Below the pieces are notes generated by a model that did no database searches, was not told the DNA's origin, and saw only the letters and a list, made by a program, of their open reading frames with translations. From Macrostomum lignano (Eukaryota): a DNA stretch of 64,000 nt. The DNA is taken from positions 248,001-312,000 of the forward strand of contig NIVC01000344.1 in the NCBI GenBank assembly GCA_002269645.1, in the 5' to 3' direction. Every line of letters begins with the position of its first letter. Within the stretch, counting starts at the first letter, position 1. This document shows, one piece after another, positions 12,900-25,241 of this stretch. A program made the position numbers and the translations under genes.

Positions 12900-13600
12900 C
12901 AGGGGTCAGCAAACTCCGGCCCGCGAAGCCTCTGTGTCCCGCATTGGGGTTCTTTGAAACTTCACCACAGCAATCTGCTCTGGATTTTGTCTCTCTCCTC
13001 TCTCCGCTCCTCTCCCCTCTTCTCTCCTCTCCTCTCTCCCCTCTTCTCTCCTCTCTCCCCTCTTCTCTCCCCTCTTATCTCCTCTCTCCCCTCTTCTCTC
13101 CTCTCTCCCCTCTTCTCTCCCCTCTTATCTCCTCTCCCCTCTCCCCTCTTCTCTCCCCTCTTCTCTCCTCTCTTCTCTCCTCTCCTCTCTCCCCTCTTCT
13201 CTCCTCTCTCCCCTCTTCTCTCCCCTCTTCTCTCTCCCCTCTTCTCTCCTCTCCTCTCTCCCGTCTTCTCTCCCCTCTTCTCTCCTCTCCTCTCTCCCCT
13301 CTTCTCTCCCCTCTTCTCTCCTCTCTCCCCTCTTCTCTCCTCTCCTCCCCTCTTCTCTCCTATCTCCCCTCTTCTCTCCTCTCCTCTCTCCCCTCTTCTC
13401 TCCTCTCCTCTCCTCTCTTCTCTCCTCCTCTCTCCTCTCCTCCCCTCTTCTCTCCTCTCTCCCCTCTGCTCTCCTCTCCTCTCCCCTCTTTTCTCTTTTC
13501 TCCTCTTTACTCTTCTCTCCTGTCTCGTCTGGCAAAAGCCGTGAGGCAGGCTGGCTCTTTAGCTGCCCGTCCCCGAGGTAAAACAGTTTGCCGTCCCCTA
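12900..13600 (+). mobile_element. hAT-like MITE with expanded internal CT-rich repeat, just 3' of the Gab stop
   Basis: CAGGGGTCAGCAAAC ... GTTTGCCGTCCCCTA termini; shares internal sequence (TTTGAAACTTCAC..AGCAAT) with 1229-1633. Confidence 0.65.
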
Positions 13601-13944
13601 GCCCGTAAGTGTTGATCTCTCTGTCTCTCTCAATCTCGAATTTGTTACGGCCAGGTCATTAAGCCTTGTTCAGCGTTGCCGCTTCCTGTGTTTGGAATGC
13701 TTGATGCTTTAATAATGATAAAAAGGCTGGTAAAGGTGCTTAGAGCGCTTTCAGTTTAGCTGGGGTTGGGCTATTCTTTCTGCGCAGCGTCCCCTCAAGT
13801 GTAGGCTTCTTATCAGATTTCATTCCGCTATGCGACTCCGCCGTGCAAGCATTTTTATCACACAAAAATTGCTTGTTGCTAAGGAACTGTTTGCTAATTG
13901 TTAACGTCCTGGCCATTGTGTCACTCCTGACGAAAGCCAGAGCT

Positions 13945-14250
13945 GCTCCTGACCAATTCAACCCAAAGCCACTCCTGACCAAACCCAAAGCCGATCCTGA
14001 CCAAACCCAAAGCCACTCCTGACCAAACCCAAAGCCACTCCTGACCAAACCCAAAGCCACTCCTGACCAAACCCAAAGCCACTCCTGACCAAACCCAAAG
14101 CCACTCCTGACCAAACCCAAAGCCACTCCTGACCAAACTCAAAGCCACTCCTGACCAAACTCAAAGCCACTCCTGACCAAACCCAAAGCCACTCCTGACC
14201 AAACCCAAAGCCACTCCTGACCAAACCCAAAGCCACTCCTGACCAAACCC
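13945..14250. repeat. 22-bp minisatellite
   Basis: Unit CCAAACCCAAAGCCACTCCTGA. Confidence 0.95.
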
Positions 14251-14299
14251 CAGCAGTCTTGGAAGAAATTTGAAGAAAGTGTTGGTACACTTGCAACTT

Positions 14300-15070
14300 G
14301 CAACTTTAGGGTGCTGTAAGTACCGCTCCACCTTACCTTTTTCTATACTAAATCTCATTAACGGGACGGCAAGAGGCTTAGCTCCATACATCCAAACTTT
14401 TCAAGTGCTGTAAAATATTATTATTTTTTCAAATTTTCTATTTAACTTTTCCACCTGTTGCGCAAGGCTGTTTCCCATGTTTACTTTTAGTGCATAAAGT
14501 ACTTGTAATTATGTCCGGTAACCAGGCCGATCTATGATATTTTATAATTCTCTATCATTCGCCGTCACTTTTAATTGCAATAATTCCTGTTTTGCCTGTT
14601 ATTTTATTTTGTTTTAAAATTGGCATTATTATTGTATAATTGGCATTCATTGTGTACATTCTGGTTCTTGTTAATGTCTTTGCCTGCTTGTTAAAATCCA
14701 TAGCTATATTTTAGCTCTTCCAATAATGTTTTTATATAGTTATAAATTGATCTCTCCCTGATCGCACCCTGTTAATAGCTGTTGCCTGCCTGAACTTGTA
14801 TGATTATAATAAATTTGCTATTTAGTTCTGTAATCACTGCGCCTATTCAAATCTGTTGGAGTACCCGATTCGATTAATGCGTTCGCCTAATTTCTATCTG
14901 GACAGTTAATAAAATAGATAGCCTTATGCTATAATTATATTATCTGAGCACTAACTACAGTAATATTGTACATGCCGTTCGTTGTGAGCAGACGATGTTT
15001 CTATTGCGGCTCTGTAAACTAATTGCTTTCTATTGTAATAAATCTTTGTCTTTGATTATTTTTGTTTCAT
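14300..15070 (-). pseudogene. possible decayed CR1/L2-like LINE fragment
   Basis: Minus-strand pieces LKSLDV / GAKPLAVPLMRFSIEKGKV resemble the pre-RT region (LK.CA..LA.PL..LF..SL..G.V); VYRAA resembles the APE VYRPP motif. Heavily broken. Confidence 0.3.
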
Positions 15071-15114
15071 TTTCTAACGGACCAGATCTACCGTCCATTT
15101 GTATGTGTGCTTGC

Positions 15115-15745
15115 TTACTGTTGGCTATGTACATGCTACTGTTGGCTATGTACATGCTACTGTTAGCTATGTACATGCTACTGTTAGCTATGTACATGCT
15201 ACTGTTGGCTATGTACATGCTACTTTTGGCTATGTACATGCTACTGTTGGCTATGTTCATGCTACTGTTGGCTATGTACATGCTACTGTTGGCTATGTAC
15301 ATGCTGCTGTTGGCTATGTACATGCTACTGTTGGCTATGTACATGCTACTTTTGGCTATGTACATGCTACTGTTGGCTATGTTCATGCTACTGTTGGCTA
15401 TGTACATGCTACTGTTGGCTATGTACATGCTACTGTTGGCTATGTACATGCTACTGTTGGCTATGTACATGCTGCTGTTAGCTATGTACATGCTACTGTT
15501 GGCTATGTACATGCTACTGTTAGCTATGTACATGCTACTGTTGGCTATGTACATGCTACTGTTAGCTATGTACATGCTACTGTTGGCTATGTACATGCTA
15601 CTGTTGGCTATGTACATGCTACTGTTGGCTATGTACATGCTACTGTTAGCTATGTACATGCTACTGTTGGCTATGTACATGCTACTGTTAGCTATGTACA
15701 TGCTACTGTTGGCTATGTACATGCTACTGTTGGTTATGTACATGT
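15115..15745. repeat. 21-bp minisatellite
   Basis: Unit CTACTGTTGGCTATGTACATG. Confidence 0.95.
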
Positions 15746-15879
15746 GACCATATGCTACGTACGACGTATGCAACATTAATAATTAACATTTCAAATATGC
15801 AATGAGAACATTTATGGTAGGAAATGCAGAGACGAGGGGATTACTGAAGGCTAAAAAAGACGTACCACCATCTGCTTCT

Positions 15880-16010
15880 GGTCACTGTACCACCGGAAAA
15901 CTCTGGCACGGGAAGGGGCTTGGTCTCCGAAAGCAGCAGGGTAAAGTTTCAATGCACTTTCGTGAACAATCATGATACAAAAGTCTCGGCTTGTCAATTC
16001 CATTGCAGTG
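15880..16010 (-). pseudogene. mariner transposase N-terminal fragment
   Basis: MELTSRDFCIMI...AFGDQAPSRARVFRWY matches mariner N-termini (MEL.RE.FR.MI...FGDEAPS..TV.RW). Confidence 0.65.
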
Positions 16011-16389
16011 AGTACAGTTTGGTACAGGGGTGTTGAACTCGAATAATGATTGTGAAATATTGACAAGAGCACAGAGGTTCGAGAAACGAGTCGCATTGTG
16101 TCCGCATCAATTTCATCAGAATAGTTCAGCCTCATGGCACACTGTTTACACCTGAAAACTGCAGTGGCGGTGGCTGCAGCTGACGCAATGTGATATATCT
16201 ATGAAAGTTGTGCCTATAATTAGTCCAGTTGCAATTACGTGTAGATTGCGGCCAAACATGTGTCTTACAAAGTTTGAAAGCAAGCGAGCGCGGTCTGAGA
16301 TAACAACAACCGTGTGCTTTCCTGAGGGGCGGGGGCTGTGCGCTTGTCCGAAGTTAAACTTGAATTCCTGTGCATGCAGCACTAGCTGG

Positions 16390-16556
16390 CAACTAACTGA
16401 TTATTCCATTTTGCAAGCCTTAACTTTATACCCGCTTTAACTGTGACTTTTGCTGCTAGATAAAATTCAGTTAAAAAATTTACATTACGTAAAACTTTAT
16501 TTTGCATTAATTGAATATTTCTGAGCCTTTGAGTGACAAATGAACCCCAGTTGAGA
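16390..16556 (-). pseudogene. possible LINE RT C-terminal relic
   Basis: LNWGSFVTQRLRNIQLMQNKVLRNV resembles the WG...L..LQ.LQNKALR.I motif of L2/CR1-group RT thumb regions. Confidence 0.35.
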
Positions 16557-17823
16557 ATAGCGGATAGAGGGGAAGAGAGGTGGGTGAGACAGATTGATGG
16601 GAAGAAAGGTGGATGATAGCAGATAGAGGGGAAGAGAGCTGGGTGAGACAGACTGATGGGAAGAAAGGTGGATGAGAGTAGATAGAGGGGAAGAGAGGTG
16701 AGTGAGAGCAGATAGAGGGGTAGATAGGTGAGTGAGAGCAGATAGAGGGGAAGAGAGGTGGGTGAGAGCAGATAGAGGGGAAGAGAGGTGAGTGAGAGCA
16801 GATAGAGGGGAAGAGAGGTGGGTGAGAGCAGATAGAGGGGTAGATAGGTGGCTGAGAGCAGATAGAGGGGAAGAGAGGTGGGTGAGAGCAGATAGAGGGG
16901 TAGATAGGTGAGTGAGAGCAGATAGAGGGGTAGATAGGTGGGTGAGAGCAGATAGAGGGGAAGAGAGGTGGGTGAGAGCAGATAGAGGGGAAGAGAGGTG
17001 GGTGAGAGCAGATAGAGGGGTAGATAGGTGGGTGAGAGCAGATAGAGGGGTAGATAGGTGAGTGAGAGCAGATAGAGGGGAAGAGAGGTGGGTGAGAGCA
17101 GATAGAGGGGAAGAGAGGTGAGTGAGAGCAGATAGAGGGGAAGAGAGGTGGGTGAGAGCAGATAGAGGGGTAGATAGGTGGGTGAGAGCAGATAGAGGGG
17201 TAGATAGGTGGGTGAGAGCAGATAGAGGGGAAGAGAGGTGGGTGAGAGCAGATAGAGGGGAAGAGAGGTGAGTGAGAGCAGATAGAGGGGAAGAGAGGTG
17301 AGTGAGAGCAGATAGAGGGGAAGAGAGGTGGGTGAGAGCAGATAGAGGGGTAGATAGGTGGCTGAGAGCAGATAGAGGGGAAGAGAGGTGGGTGAGAGCA
17401 GATAGAGGGGTAGATAGGTGAGTGAGAGCAGATAGAGGGGTAGATAGGTGGGTGAGAGCAGATAGAGGGGAAGAGAGGTGGGTGAGAGCAGATAGAGGGG
17501 AAGAGAGGTGGGTGAGAGCAGATAGAGGGGAAGAGAGGTGGGTGAGAGCAGATAGAGGGGTAGATAGGTGGGTGAGAGCAGATAGAGGGGTAGATAGGTG
17601 GGTGAGAGCAGATAGAGGGGTAGATAGGTGGGTGAGAGCAGATAGAGGGGTAGATAGGTGAGTGAGAGCAGATAGAGGGGTAGATAGGTGGGTGAGAGCA
17701 GATAGAGGGGAAGAGAGGTGGGTGAGAGCAGATAGAGGGGAAGAGAGGTGGGTGAGAGCAGATAGAGGGGAAGAGAGGTGGGTGAGAGCAGATAGAGGGG
17801 AAGAGAGGTGGGTGAGAGCAGAG
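16557..17823. repeat. 30-bp purine-rich minisatellite
   Basis: Unit GATAGAGGGGAAGAGAGGTGGGTGAGAGCA. Confidence 0.95.
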
Positions 17824-17963
17824 GGAGAAACTGCACCAGGGAATAAGCGAGTGCAGAAGTGATCAGAATTTCTAACAGTTCATCGGCAAAATGATATACA
17901 GTATATTTGCATCCCTATAAACAGTCGCCAAGTGATTCGAATAGCATATAGCCTATAGCTACT

Positions 17964-17977
17964 GTTACCATGGCAAC
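17964..17977. promoter_or_regulatory. X-box (RFX site) about 260 bp upstream of the CLCA ATG
   Basis: GTTACCATGGCAAC is a full match to GTTNCCATGGNAAC. Confidence 0.55.
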
Positions 17978-18235
17978 GCAAACAAACAGCCAAGCCAGTG
18001 GGACTCGGCGCATTCCTAACAGCGTGACGTTTGGCCCAGAATTTGTGGGCTATCTAAAAAAAACATTTTGCGCAGACAAAAATCGAAGTTTCGAGCTACG
18101 AGTATATCTATATTGTTCGCCCTAGTAGCTATCTTATCTATATAAGCCCTTCGGTTTAATAAAAACCCAGAAATTGCCGAAACTAAGAAAATAGATTTTG
18201 TTGCGATTAAACCGCAACCGGCAGGAAAAATTGGC

Positions 18236-18403
18236 ATGACCAATAATCGATTCTGGCTACTCCTAGCCCTGACTGTGGCCGGCAACTGCTGGCTCAGCAC
18301 GGCGAGGGACATTGTCCTTGACAACAATGGCCGCTACAACGATGTCCTAGTGTCCGTGTCCCAGAACATCCCAGAGGACTGGGAACTGGTACAGAGAATC
18401 AAG
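18236..18403 (+). CDS. CLCA: CLCA-family protein, exon 1 (signal peptide)
   Basis: MTNNRFWLLLALTVAGNCWLSTA...IVLDNNGRYNDVLVSV...; donor GTGAGT at 18404 (phase 0). Confidence 0.88.
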
Positions 18404-18464
18404 GTGAGTATCTGTGTGGGTAGATAGGGTTGCTCCTTTGGATGCCTCCAGATTAAAGCCACTG

Positions 18465-19350
18465 TACAGTCCACTCCCGTTCCATACTACAGTAGGTCAC
18501 TCCCATTCCATACTACTGTATGTCACTCCCGTTCCATACTACAGTAGGTCACTCCCGTTCCATACTACTGTATGTCACTCCCATTCCATACTACTGTATG
18601 TCACTCCCATTCCATACTACTGTAGGTCACCCCCCTCTATTCCATACTACAGTAGGTCACTCCCATTCCATACTACTGTATGTCACTCCCATTCCATACT
18701 ACTGTAGGTCACCCCCCTCTATTCCATACTACAGTAGGTCACTCCCATTCCATACTACAGTAGGTCACTCCCATTCCATACTACAGTAGGTCACTCCCAT
18801 TCCATACTTCAGTAGGTCACTCCCATTCCATACTACAACAGGTCACTCCCATTCCATACTACTGTATGTCACTCCCATTCCATACTACTGTATGTCACTC
18901 CCATTCCATACTACTGTATGTCACTCCCATTCCATACTACTGTAGGTCACCCCCCTCTATTCCATACTACAGTAGGTCACTCCCATTCCATACTACAGTA
19001 GGTCACTCCCATTCCATACTACAGTAGGTCACTCCCATTCCATACTTCAGTAGGTCACTCCCATTCCATACTACAGTAGGTGATCACTCCCATTCCATAC
19101 TACAGTTGGTCACTACCTCTATGCAATACTACAGTAGGTCACTCCCATTCCATACTACAGTAGGTCACTCCCATTCCATACTACAGTAGGTCACTCCCTC
19201 TATTTCATACTACAGTAGGTCACTCCCTCTATTTCATACTACAGTAGGTCACTCCCATTCCATACTACTGTAGGTCACCCCCTCTATTCCATACTACAGT
19301 AGGTCACTCCCTCTATTCCATACTACAGCAGATGTAGGTCACTCCTCATG
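18465..19350. repeat. 26-bp minisatellite in CLCA intron 1
   Basis: Unit ACTCCCATTCCATACTACAGTAGGTC. Confidence 0.95.
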
Positions 19351-19390
19351 CAACAGTTTCAACCGTAGCATCCCATATCCCTAACAACAG

Positions 19391-19670
19391 GACGGCTTCC
19401 AGCAGGCCTCCCAGCGCCTCGCTGTCGCCAGTAGAATTAACGGCTCCCGCTCCTTCGCCTTCGGTCATGTGTACATCCTGGTGCCGCGGTCCTGGAGCAA
19501 CCAGTCTGTCGACTCGAGCGCCACCTGGCACACGGAGGATGCGGCCCACTTCCGTGTCGATCAGAGGGGCAGCCAAATCCCCAACACCGTGCAGCCGGGC
19601 GACTGCGGGCAGCCGGGGCTGCACGTCAACCTGCACCGGGAGCACCTGCGGGACACCAGCGCTGAAGACT
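19391..19670 (+). CDS. CLCA: CLCA-family protein, exon 2
   Basis: Acceptor aacAG; DGFQQASQRL...VYILVPRSW...QPGDCGQPG; donor GTGAGG at 19671 (phase 1). Confidence 0.88.
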
Positions 19671-19854
19671 GTGAGGCTTGCGGCCAGATCTGAGCGGGTT
19701 TTCGATGGGATTGTAGAAGGTGTCAGTTGTGTCTAAGTGAAAGTGTCAGTTGTGTCTAAGTGAGGATGTCAGACTTCTCCTGAAGAGGGTGTGTGTCCAA
19801 TAATGTTTAAGATAATGTACCCATTTCTACAGATAATGTGTCTATAAATGCTGC

Positions 19855-20052
19855 TTTATGGCATAATGCATGGGATAATGTATGGGATAATGTATGGGAT
19901 AATGTCTGGGATAATGTATTAGATAATGCATGGGATAATGCATGTGATAATGTATAGGATAATGTATGGGACAATGTATATGGGATAATGTATGGGACAA
20001 TGTATATGGGATAATGTGTGGGATAATGTATATGGGATAATGTGTGGGATAA
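19855..20052. repeat. 12-bp minisatellite in CLCA intron 2
   Basis: Unit TGGGATAATGTA. Confidence 0.9.
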
Positions 20053-20080
20053 TATGTCGAAAATTCACCCCAACCGGCAG

Positions 20081-20383
20081 TGGGCAAGCAGCTGGTGCAC
20101 GAGTTCGCCCACCTCCGCTGGGGAGTGTTCAACGAGTACAACGGAGCCTTGGGACCGCACGCCTTCCTGCACCAGGGCCGCCTGAGCCCCGTCCGCTGTT
20201 CGGCCAGCATCACGGGAAAGTTCGGGCACAAGGACACCGGAAATCCGTGCAAAGTGGACCGCGTGACCCTGGAGCTGGAGCCCGACTGTCGCTTCATTTT
20301 GGACTCGGCTCAGACTGCTCAGGCATCGCTGATGTACACGACTTACTTGGCCTCCGTGAGGCAGTTCTGCCAGCCGCCTTCAG
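20081..20383 (+). CDS. CLCA: CLCA-family protein, exon 3 (HExxH metalloprotease motif, Cys-rich)
   Basis: GKQLVHEFAHLRWGVFNEY versus human CLCA1 HEWAHLRWGVFDEY; VRCS, ASLMY, FC; donor at 20384 (phase 1). Confidence 0.92.
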
Positions 20384-20425
20384 GTAGCTTTGCTCAAATT
20401 ATTATTTATTTGTTATCTACTCGTA

Positions 20426-20700
20426 GGTCGTAGCCTAGTGGTTAGAGCGTCAGACTTACGACTTGAAGGTCGGAGGTTCGATTCACGATCCCACTGAAGC
20501 AATTTCTGTCCTTGAGCAAGACACTTAACTCTGCATTGCTTCAGTTCACCCAGCTGTAAAATGGGTGCCAGCATTAGCTGGGGTAATTCAGGGTGTGTGG
20601 CGACCCCCCAGTCCTTGGACTGAACAGCCGTACGCAGCCTTCAGATGCGCCGCGCAATAGCTGCGGCTGAGCTGTCGGTTGCACATCCTTAAAAAAGGAT
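20426..20700 (+). mobile_element. tRNA-derived CORE-SINE in CLCA intron 3
   Basis: A box TAGCCTAGTGG (20431-20441), B box GGTTCGATTC (20475-20484), then CCTTGAGCAAGACACTTAAC...CTTCAGTTCACCCAGCTGTAAAATGGG closely resembling the MIR CORE (CCTTGGGCAAGTCACTTAAC...CTCAGTTTCCTCATCTGTAAAATGGG). Confidence 0.8.
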
Positions 20701-20802
20701 GATCCTGTGATCCTTGAAAGACCGGATTCGTGAATATAAATTTACTTATTCGCGTCACCACTGTTTAAACTGCTACCGAGACTTTTTATTTTTGACTCGC
20801 AG

Positions 20803-21014
20803 GCGACCCGGACTTCGATCACAACGTGGCGGCGCCGAATCCGCAGAACCGGCGCTGCTACGGCCGCAGCGTCCAGTCCGTGATGCTGGAGCACGCCGAC
20901 TACAAGAAGGCTATCGATGGCAGCGAGACTGACACCACCGTCAACTTCACTGTAGTGCAGCCGCGGGGCGCTCGAAGGCTGGTCATCGTGATGGACGTCT
21001 CCGGAAGCATGGGC
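20803..21014 (+). CDS. CLCA: CLCA-family protein, exon 4 (start of vWA, MIDAS DxSxS)
   Basis: HNVAAPNPQNRRC...LVIVMDVSGSMG; donor GTGAGT at 21015. Confidence 0.9.
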
Positions 21015-21018
21015 GTGA

Positions 21019-21111
21019 GTGTCTGTCTGCCTGCCTGCCTGTCTGTCTGTCTGCCTGACTGTCTGTCTGTCTGTCTGCCTGCCTGCCTGTCTGTCTGTCT
21101 GCCTGCCTGCC

Positions 21112-21164
<53 letters not shown>

Positions 21165-21199
21165 GCCTGCCTGCCTGTCTGTCTGTCTGCCTGCCTGCC

Positions 21200-21252
<53 letters not shown>

Positions 21253-21278
21253 GCCTGTCTGTCTGTGTGTCTGTCTGT

Positions 21279-21312
<34 letters not shown>

Positions 21313-21379
21313 CTGTTTGTCTGTCTGTCTGTCTGCCTGTCTGTCTGTCTGTCTGCCTGTCTGTCTGTCTGTCTGTCTA

Positions 21380-21476
<97 letters not shown>

Positions 21477-21477
21477 G
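21019..21477. repeat. (GTCT)n / (GCCT) microsatellite in CLCA intron 4
   Basis: Direct tetranucleotide run starting at the donor. Confidence 0.97.
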
Positions 21478-21512
21478 TATCTATTCATTATCTTATCTAT
21501 TATACTCATCAG

Positions 21513-21749
21513 ACCAACCAAGGCGCTCCCCTGGCCAAGATGAAGATCGCAGTCCGCACGCTGCTGCTGGGGCTACTGGAAGACGGGATCCAGTGCGCCA
21601 TGACCAGCTTCAGCACTTCGTCGACCCTCCTGCGCGACCTGGATCCGCTGGACAGCGCGGCTATCCGCAGAGATTACTGGAGAATCGTTGCCGGCCTGAC
21701 AGCCAGAGGCAGCACGGCAATTGGGGGCGCTCTGGCAGCCGCTATGGAG
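21513..21749 (+). CDS. CLCA: CLCA-family protein, exon 5 (vWA)
   Basis: TNQGAPLAKMK...RGSTAIGGALAAAME; phase 0 at both ends. Confidence 0.88.
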
Positions 21750-21944
21750 GTGAATGACGAGACGGAATTTGGATTCTGAGATGTGGGATTATTTGGGATT
21801 TAGAGTAAGCAGCTAGGATCTGTGGAGTATTTGTGAGCCAAAAAGAAAGATGGAGGTTTTATCGTGGTTTAATAGAAGGAAATATGTGTTTAGTGAACTG
21901 AGGCCTAAATTAAATTCAATGTGAGTTTCAACTTTTAAGATTAA

Positions 21945-22250
21945 TGTGAGTTTAGTAGTAGACTTTTACGACTAATGTGAGTTTAATAGTAGACTTTTAC
22001 GACTAATGTGAGTTTAATAGTAGACTTTTACGACTAATGTGAGTTTAATAGTAGACTTTTACGACTAATGTGAGTTTAATAGTAGACTTTTACGACTAAT
22101 GTGAGTTTAAGTAGTAGACTTTTACGACTAATGTGAGTTTAATAGTAGACTTTTACGACTAATGTGAGTTTAGTAGTAGACTTTTACGACTAATGTGAGT
22201 TTAGTAGTAGACTTTTACGACTAATGTGAGTTTAGTAGTAGTCTTTTAGG
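21945..22250. repeat. 31-bp minisatellite in CLCA intron 5
   Basis: Unit GACTTTTACGACTAATGTGAGTTTAATAGTA. Confidence 0.95.
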
Positions 22251-22435
22251 ATCTACTCGTATGTGAGTTAAGTAGCAGATTTTAGAATTTTAGAAGTTTA
22301 GTGCGGATAGGTAGGAGGTTTATGATGCAAAATTGGTCAGTTGCTATTTGAAAATTGAAGAGGTTTTCAAACATCCTTAAGCTTCCCTTGCTCGCATGCT
22401 GAAGATCAGAGATCCCATTTCTCCCCAATCAACAG

Positions 22436-22744
22436 CTGCTGGGAGCGGACATGAACCGGCCCAGCAAGGAGGACACAGGCTACATTTTGCTGCTGACTGA
22501 CGGCATCGAGAACCACACGCCCAGATACACCCTGGCACAGGCGACCGCCATCGCCGCTCGAACGTCAATCGTTGTGGACACGGTGGCGTTCGGCAGTCAG
22601 GCAGACAAGCGACTCGCCGAACTGTCGGCTGTGACTGGCGGCAAAGCCTACTTTGCCCGGTTCAACAGCCCAGCGAACGACCTGATGGAGGCCATGTCAG
22701 ACATGGTCAGGGACCGGGTGGACACCTCGCAGAAACCTATCGAT
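22436..22744 (+). CDS. CLCA: CLCA-family protein, exon 6 (vWA, TDG)
   Basis: ILLLTDGIEN...VDTVAFGSQADKRLAELSAVTGG; donor GTGAGT at 22745. Confidence 0.9.
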
Positions 22745-23395
22745 GTGAGTTTGGTGAACGCAGGATTAGCGAGTTGGTAAATGCGGATTAGTGAGTTGGT
22801 GAATGCGGATTAGTGAGTTGGTGAATGCGGATTAGTGAGTTAGTGAATGCAGGATTAGCGAGTTGGTGAATGCGGATTAGTGAGTTGGTGAATGCAAGAT
22901 TAGCGAGTGGTAAATGCAGATTAGTGAGTTGGTGAATGCAGGATAAGCGAGTGGTAAATGCGGATTAGTGAGTTGGTGAATGCAGGATTAGCGAGTGGTA
23001 AATGCGGATTAGTGAGTTGGTGAATGCGGATTAGTGAGTTGGTGAATGCAGGATAAGCGAGTTGGTAAATGCGGATTAGTGAGTTGGTGAGTGCGGATTA
23101 GTGAGTTGGTGAATGCAGGATTAGCGAGTGGTAATTGCGGATTAGCGAGTTGGTGAATTCGGATTAATGAGTTGGTGAACGCAGGATTAGCGAGTTGGTA
23201 AATGCGGATTAGTGAGTTGGTGAATGCGGATTAGTGAGTTGGTGAATGCAGATTAGTGAGTTGGTGAATGCGGTATTAGCGAGTTGGTGAATGCAGATTA
23301 ATGAGTTGGTGAATGCAGATTAGTGAGTTGGTGAATGCGGTATTAGCGAGTTGGTGAATGCGGATTTGCAAGTTGGTGAAGGCAGGAATAGTGAG
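22745..23395. repeat. 22-bp minisatellite in CLCA intron 6
   Basis: Unit GCGGATTAGTGAGTTGGTGAAT; begins at the donor itself. Confidence 0.93.
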
Positions 23396-23534
23396 CGTGA
23401 GATTATGAGATGGTGAAAGCCCCGGAATAGTCAACTGGTGACTGATTTAAACTTGTTGGAAGCATGGAAATGCCAAGACAAATTAAACGGCAATCCGATG
23501 CCCGTGCGTTTGTACCATAAACATTCACAAACAG

Positions 23535-23765
23535 GTGTTCTCAACGCCAGTGCCAGCCACCTTCACCGAGCACGTGGTCCTTGACGAGTCCATCAGCAAA
23601 GGTGCTCAGTTTACCCTGAGCTCACCGGCAGTCGCCGATATTAAGAACGCCGACCTGAGGGTTGTTTCGCCCAGCGGGGTTGAATACTCCAGCCTGAACG
23701 GCTCCAACTACCTCCGGGAGGAGACCGCCGGGGTCGTCAGCATCGGCACCGAGGGCAAAATCGAA
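23535..23765 (+). CDS. CLCA: CLCA-family protein, exon 7
   Basis: Acceptor aacAG; VVLDESISKGAQF...VVSPSG; donor GTGAGC at 23766. Confidence 0.85.
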
Positions 23766-23779
23766 GTGAGCCGTTCATT

Positions 23780-24210
23780 TCGACAACCCAATATTCCTTT
23801 CGGCAACCCAATACCCATTTCGGCAACCCAATACCCATTTCGGCAATCCAATACCCAGTTTGACAACTCAATACCCAGTTTGACAACCCAATACCCAGTT
23901 TGACAACTCAATACCCAGTTTGACAACCCAATACCCAGTTTGACAACTCAATACCCAGTTTGACAACCCAATACCCAGTTTGACAACCCAATACCCAGTT
24001 TGACAACCCAATACCCAGTTTGACAACCCAATACCCAGTTTGACAACCCAATACCCGATTCGGCAACCCAATACCCAGTTTGACAACCCAATACCCGATT
24101 CGGCAACCCAATACCCGATTCGGCAACCCAATACCCGATTCGGCAACCCAATACCCGATTCGGCAACCCAATACCCAGTTCGACAACCAAATACTTAATT
24201 CGGCAACCCA
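23780..24210. repeat. 20-bp minisatellite in CLCA intron 7
   Basis: Unit CAACCCAATACCCAGTTTGA. Confidence 0.95.
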
Positions 24211-24252
24211 TAGCTGCGAAACCGAAGAACTTCAAAAGCCGCTCTATTCCAG

Positions 24253-24538
24253 GCCGGCAGCTGGACCATTCATGGCGTCCGTAAGAGCCGCGACTTGCCC
24301 AAGCCGACCAACAACGGCCTGTCGCTGGTGGTCACCTCGCGGCCAACGGACGCGGCGCCTATCATCCTGGACGGTTTGGTCAGCCCAGCTAAGCTGGTGC
24401 TTCGGGCTGACACTCGGGTTTCGGTGTTCGCCACGCTCAGCCAGGGCTCCGAGCTGCTCTCTGGCGCCGAGATCTTGGCCAGCGTTGAGTCCGACACCGG
24501 GGTGGACGCCGAGTTCAAACTGCTTGACGACGGCTTTG
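24253..24538 (+). CDS. CLCA: CLCA-family protein, exon 8
   Basis: AGSWT...LVVTSRP...VFATLSQG...LLDDGF; donor at 24539 (phase 1). Confidence 0.88.
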
Positions 24539-24604
24539 GTGAGCAAACTTCCCTGGACTTCGGATTCTCCTGGACTGGGATTTCCGACTTATTGGAACTT
24601 TCGA

Positions 24605-25157
24605 TTGACTGGGATTCCCCTTGACTGAGATTCCCCTTGACTGGGATTCCCCTTGACTGGGATTCCATTTGACTGGGATTCCATTTGACTGTGATTCCCT
24701 TTGACTGGGATTTCATTTGACTGGAATTCCCCAACTGGGATTCCCTTCAACTGGGATTCCCATTGACTGTGATTCCCTTTGACTGGGATTTCCTTTGACT
24801 GTGATTTCCTTTGACTGGGATTTCCTTTGACTGGGATTTCCTTTGACTGGGATTCCCTTTGACTGGGATTCCCTTTGACTGTGATTCCCTTTGACTGGGA
24901 TTTCCTTTGACTGTGATTCCTCTTGACTGGGATTTCCTTTGACTGTGATTCCCCTTGACTGGGATTCCCTTTGACTGTGATTCCCTTTGACTGAGATTTC
25001 CTTTGACTGTGATTCCTTTTTGACTGTGATTCCCTTCAACTGGGATTTCCTTTGACTGGGATTCCCCTTGACTGGTATTCCCCTTGACTGGTATTCCCCT
25101 TGACTGGGATTCCCTTTGACTGTGATTCCCCTTGACTGGGATTTGCCTTGACTGGGA
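24605..25157. repeat. 15-16-bp minisatellite in CLCA intron 8
   Basis: Unit CCCTTTGACTGGGATT. Confidence 0.93.
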
Positions 25158-25241
25158 TTATCATTTCTACAACTTGGCGATAGAATGCAATAGAGAGCTT
25201 GAATTTCTGTTCATTTTTAATCATCAAATTTTCCCGCCCAG

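Noticed and set aside
20426-20495. tRNA gene
   Set aside because: There is no proper acceptor stem or T-arm end, and it continues into a CORE domain, so it is a SINE head.
20580-20700. SINE tail derived from the 3' end of the LINE in this window
   Set aside because: Only an 8-nt match (GCCTTCAG) is shared, which is not significant.
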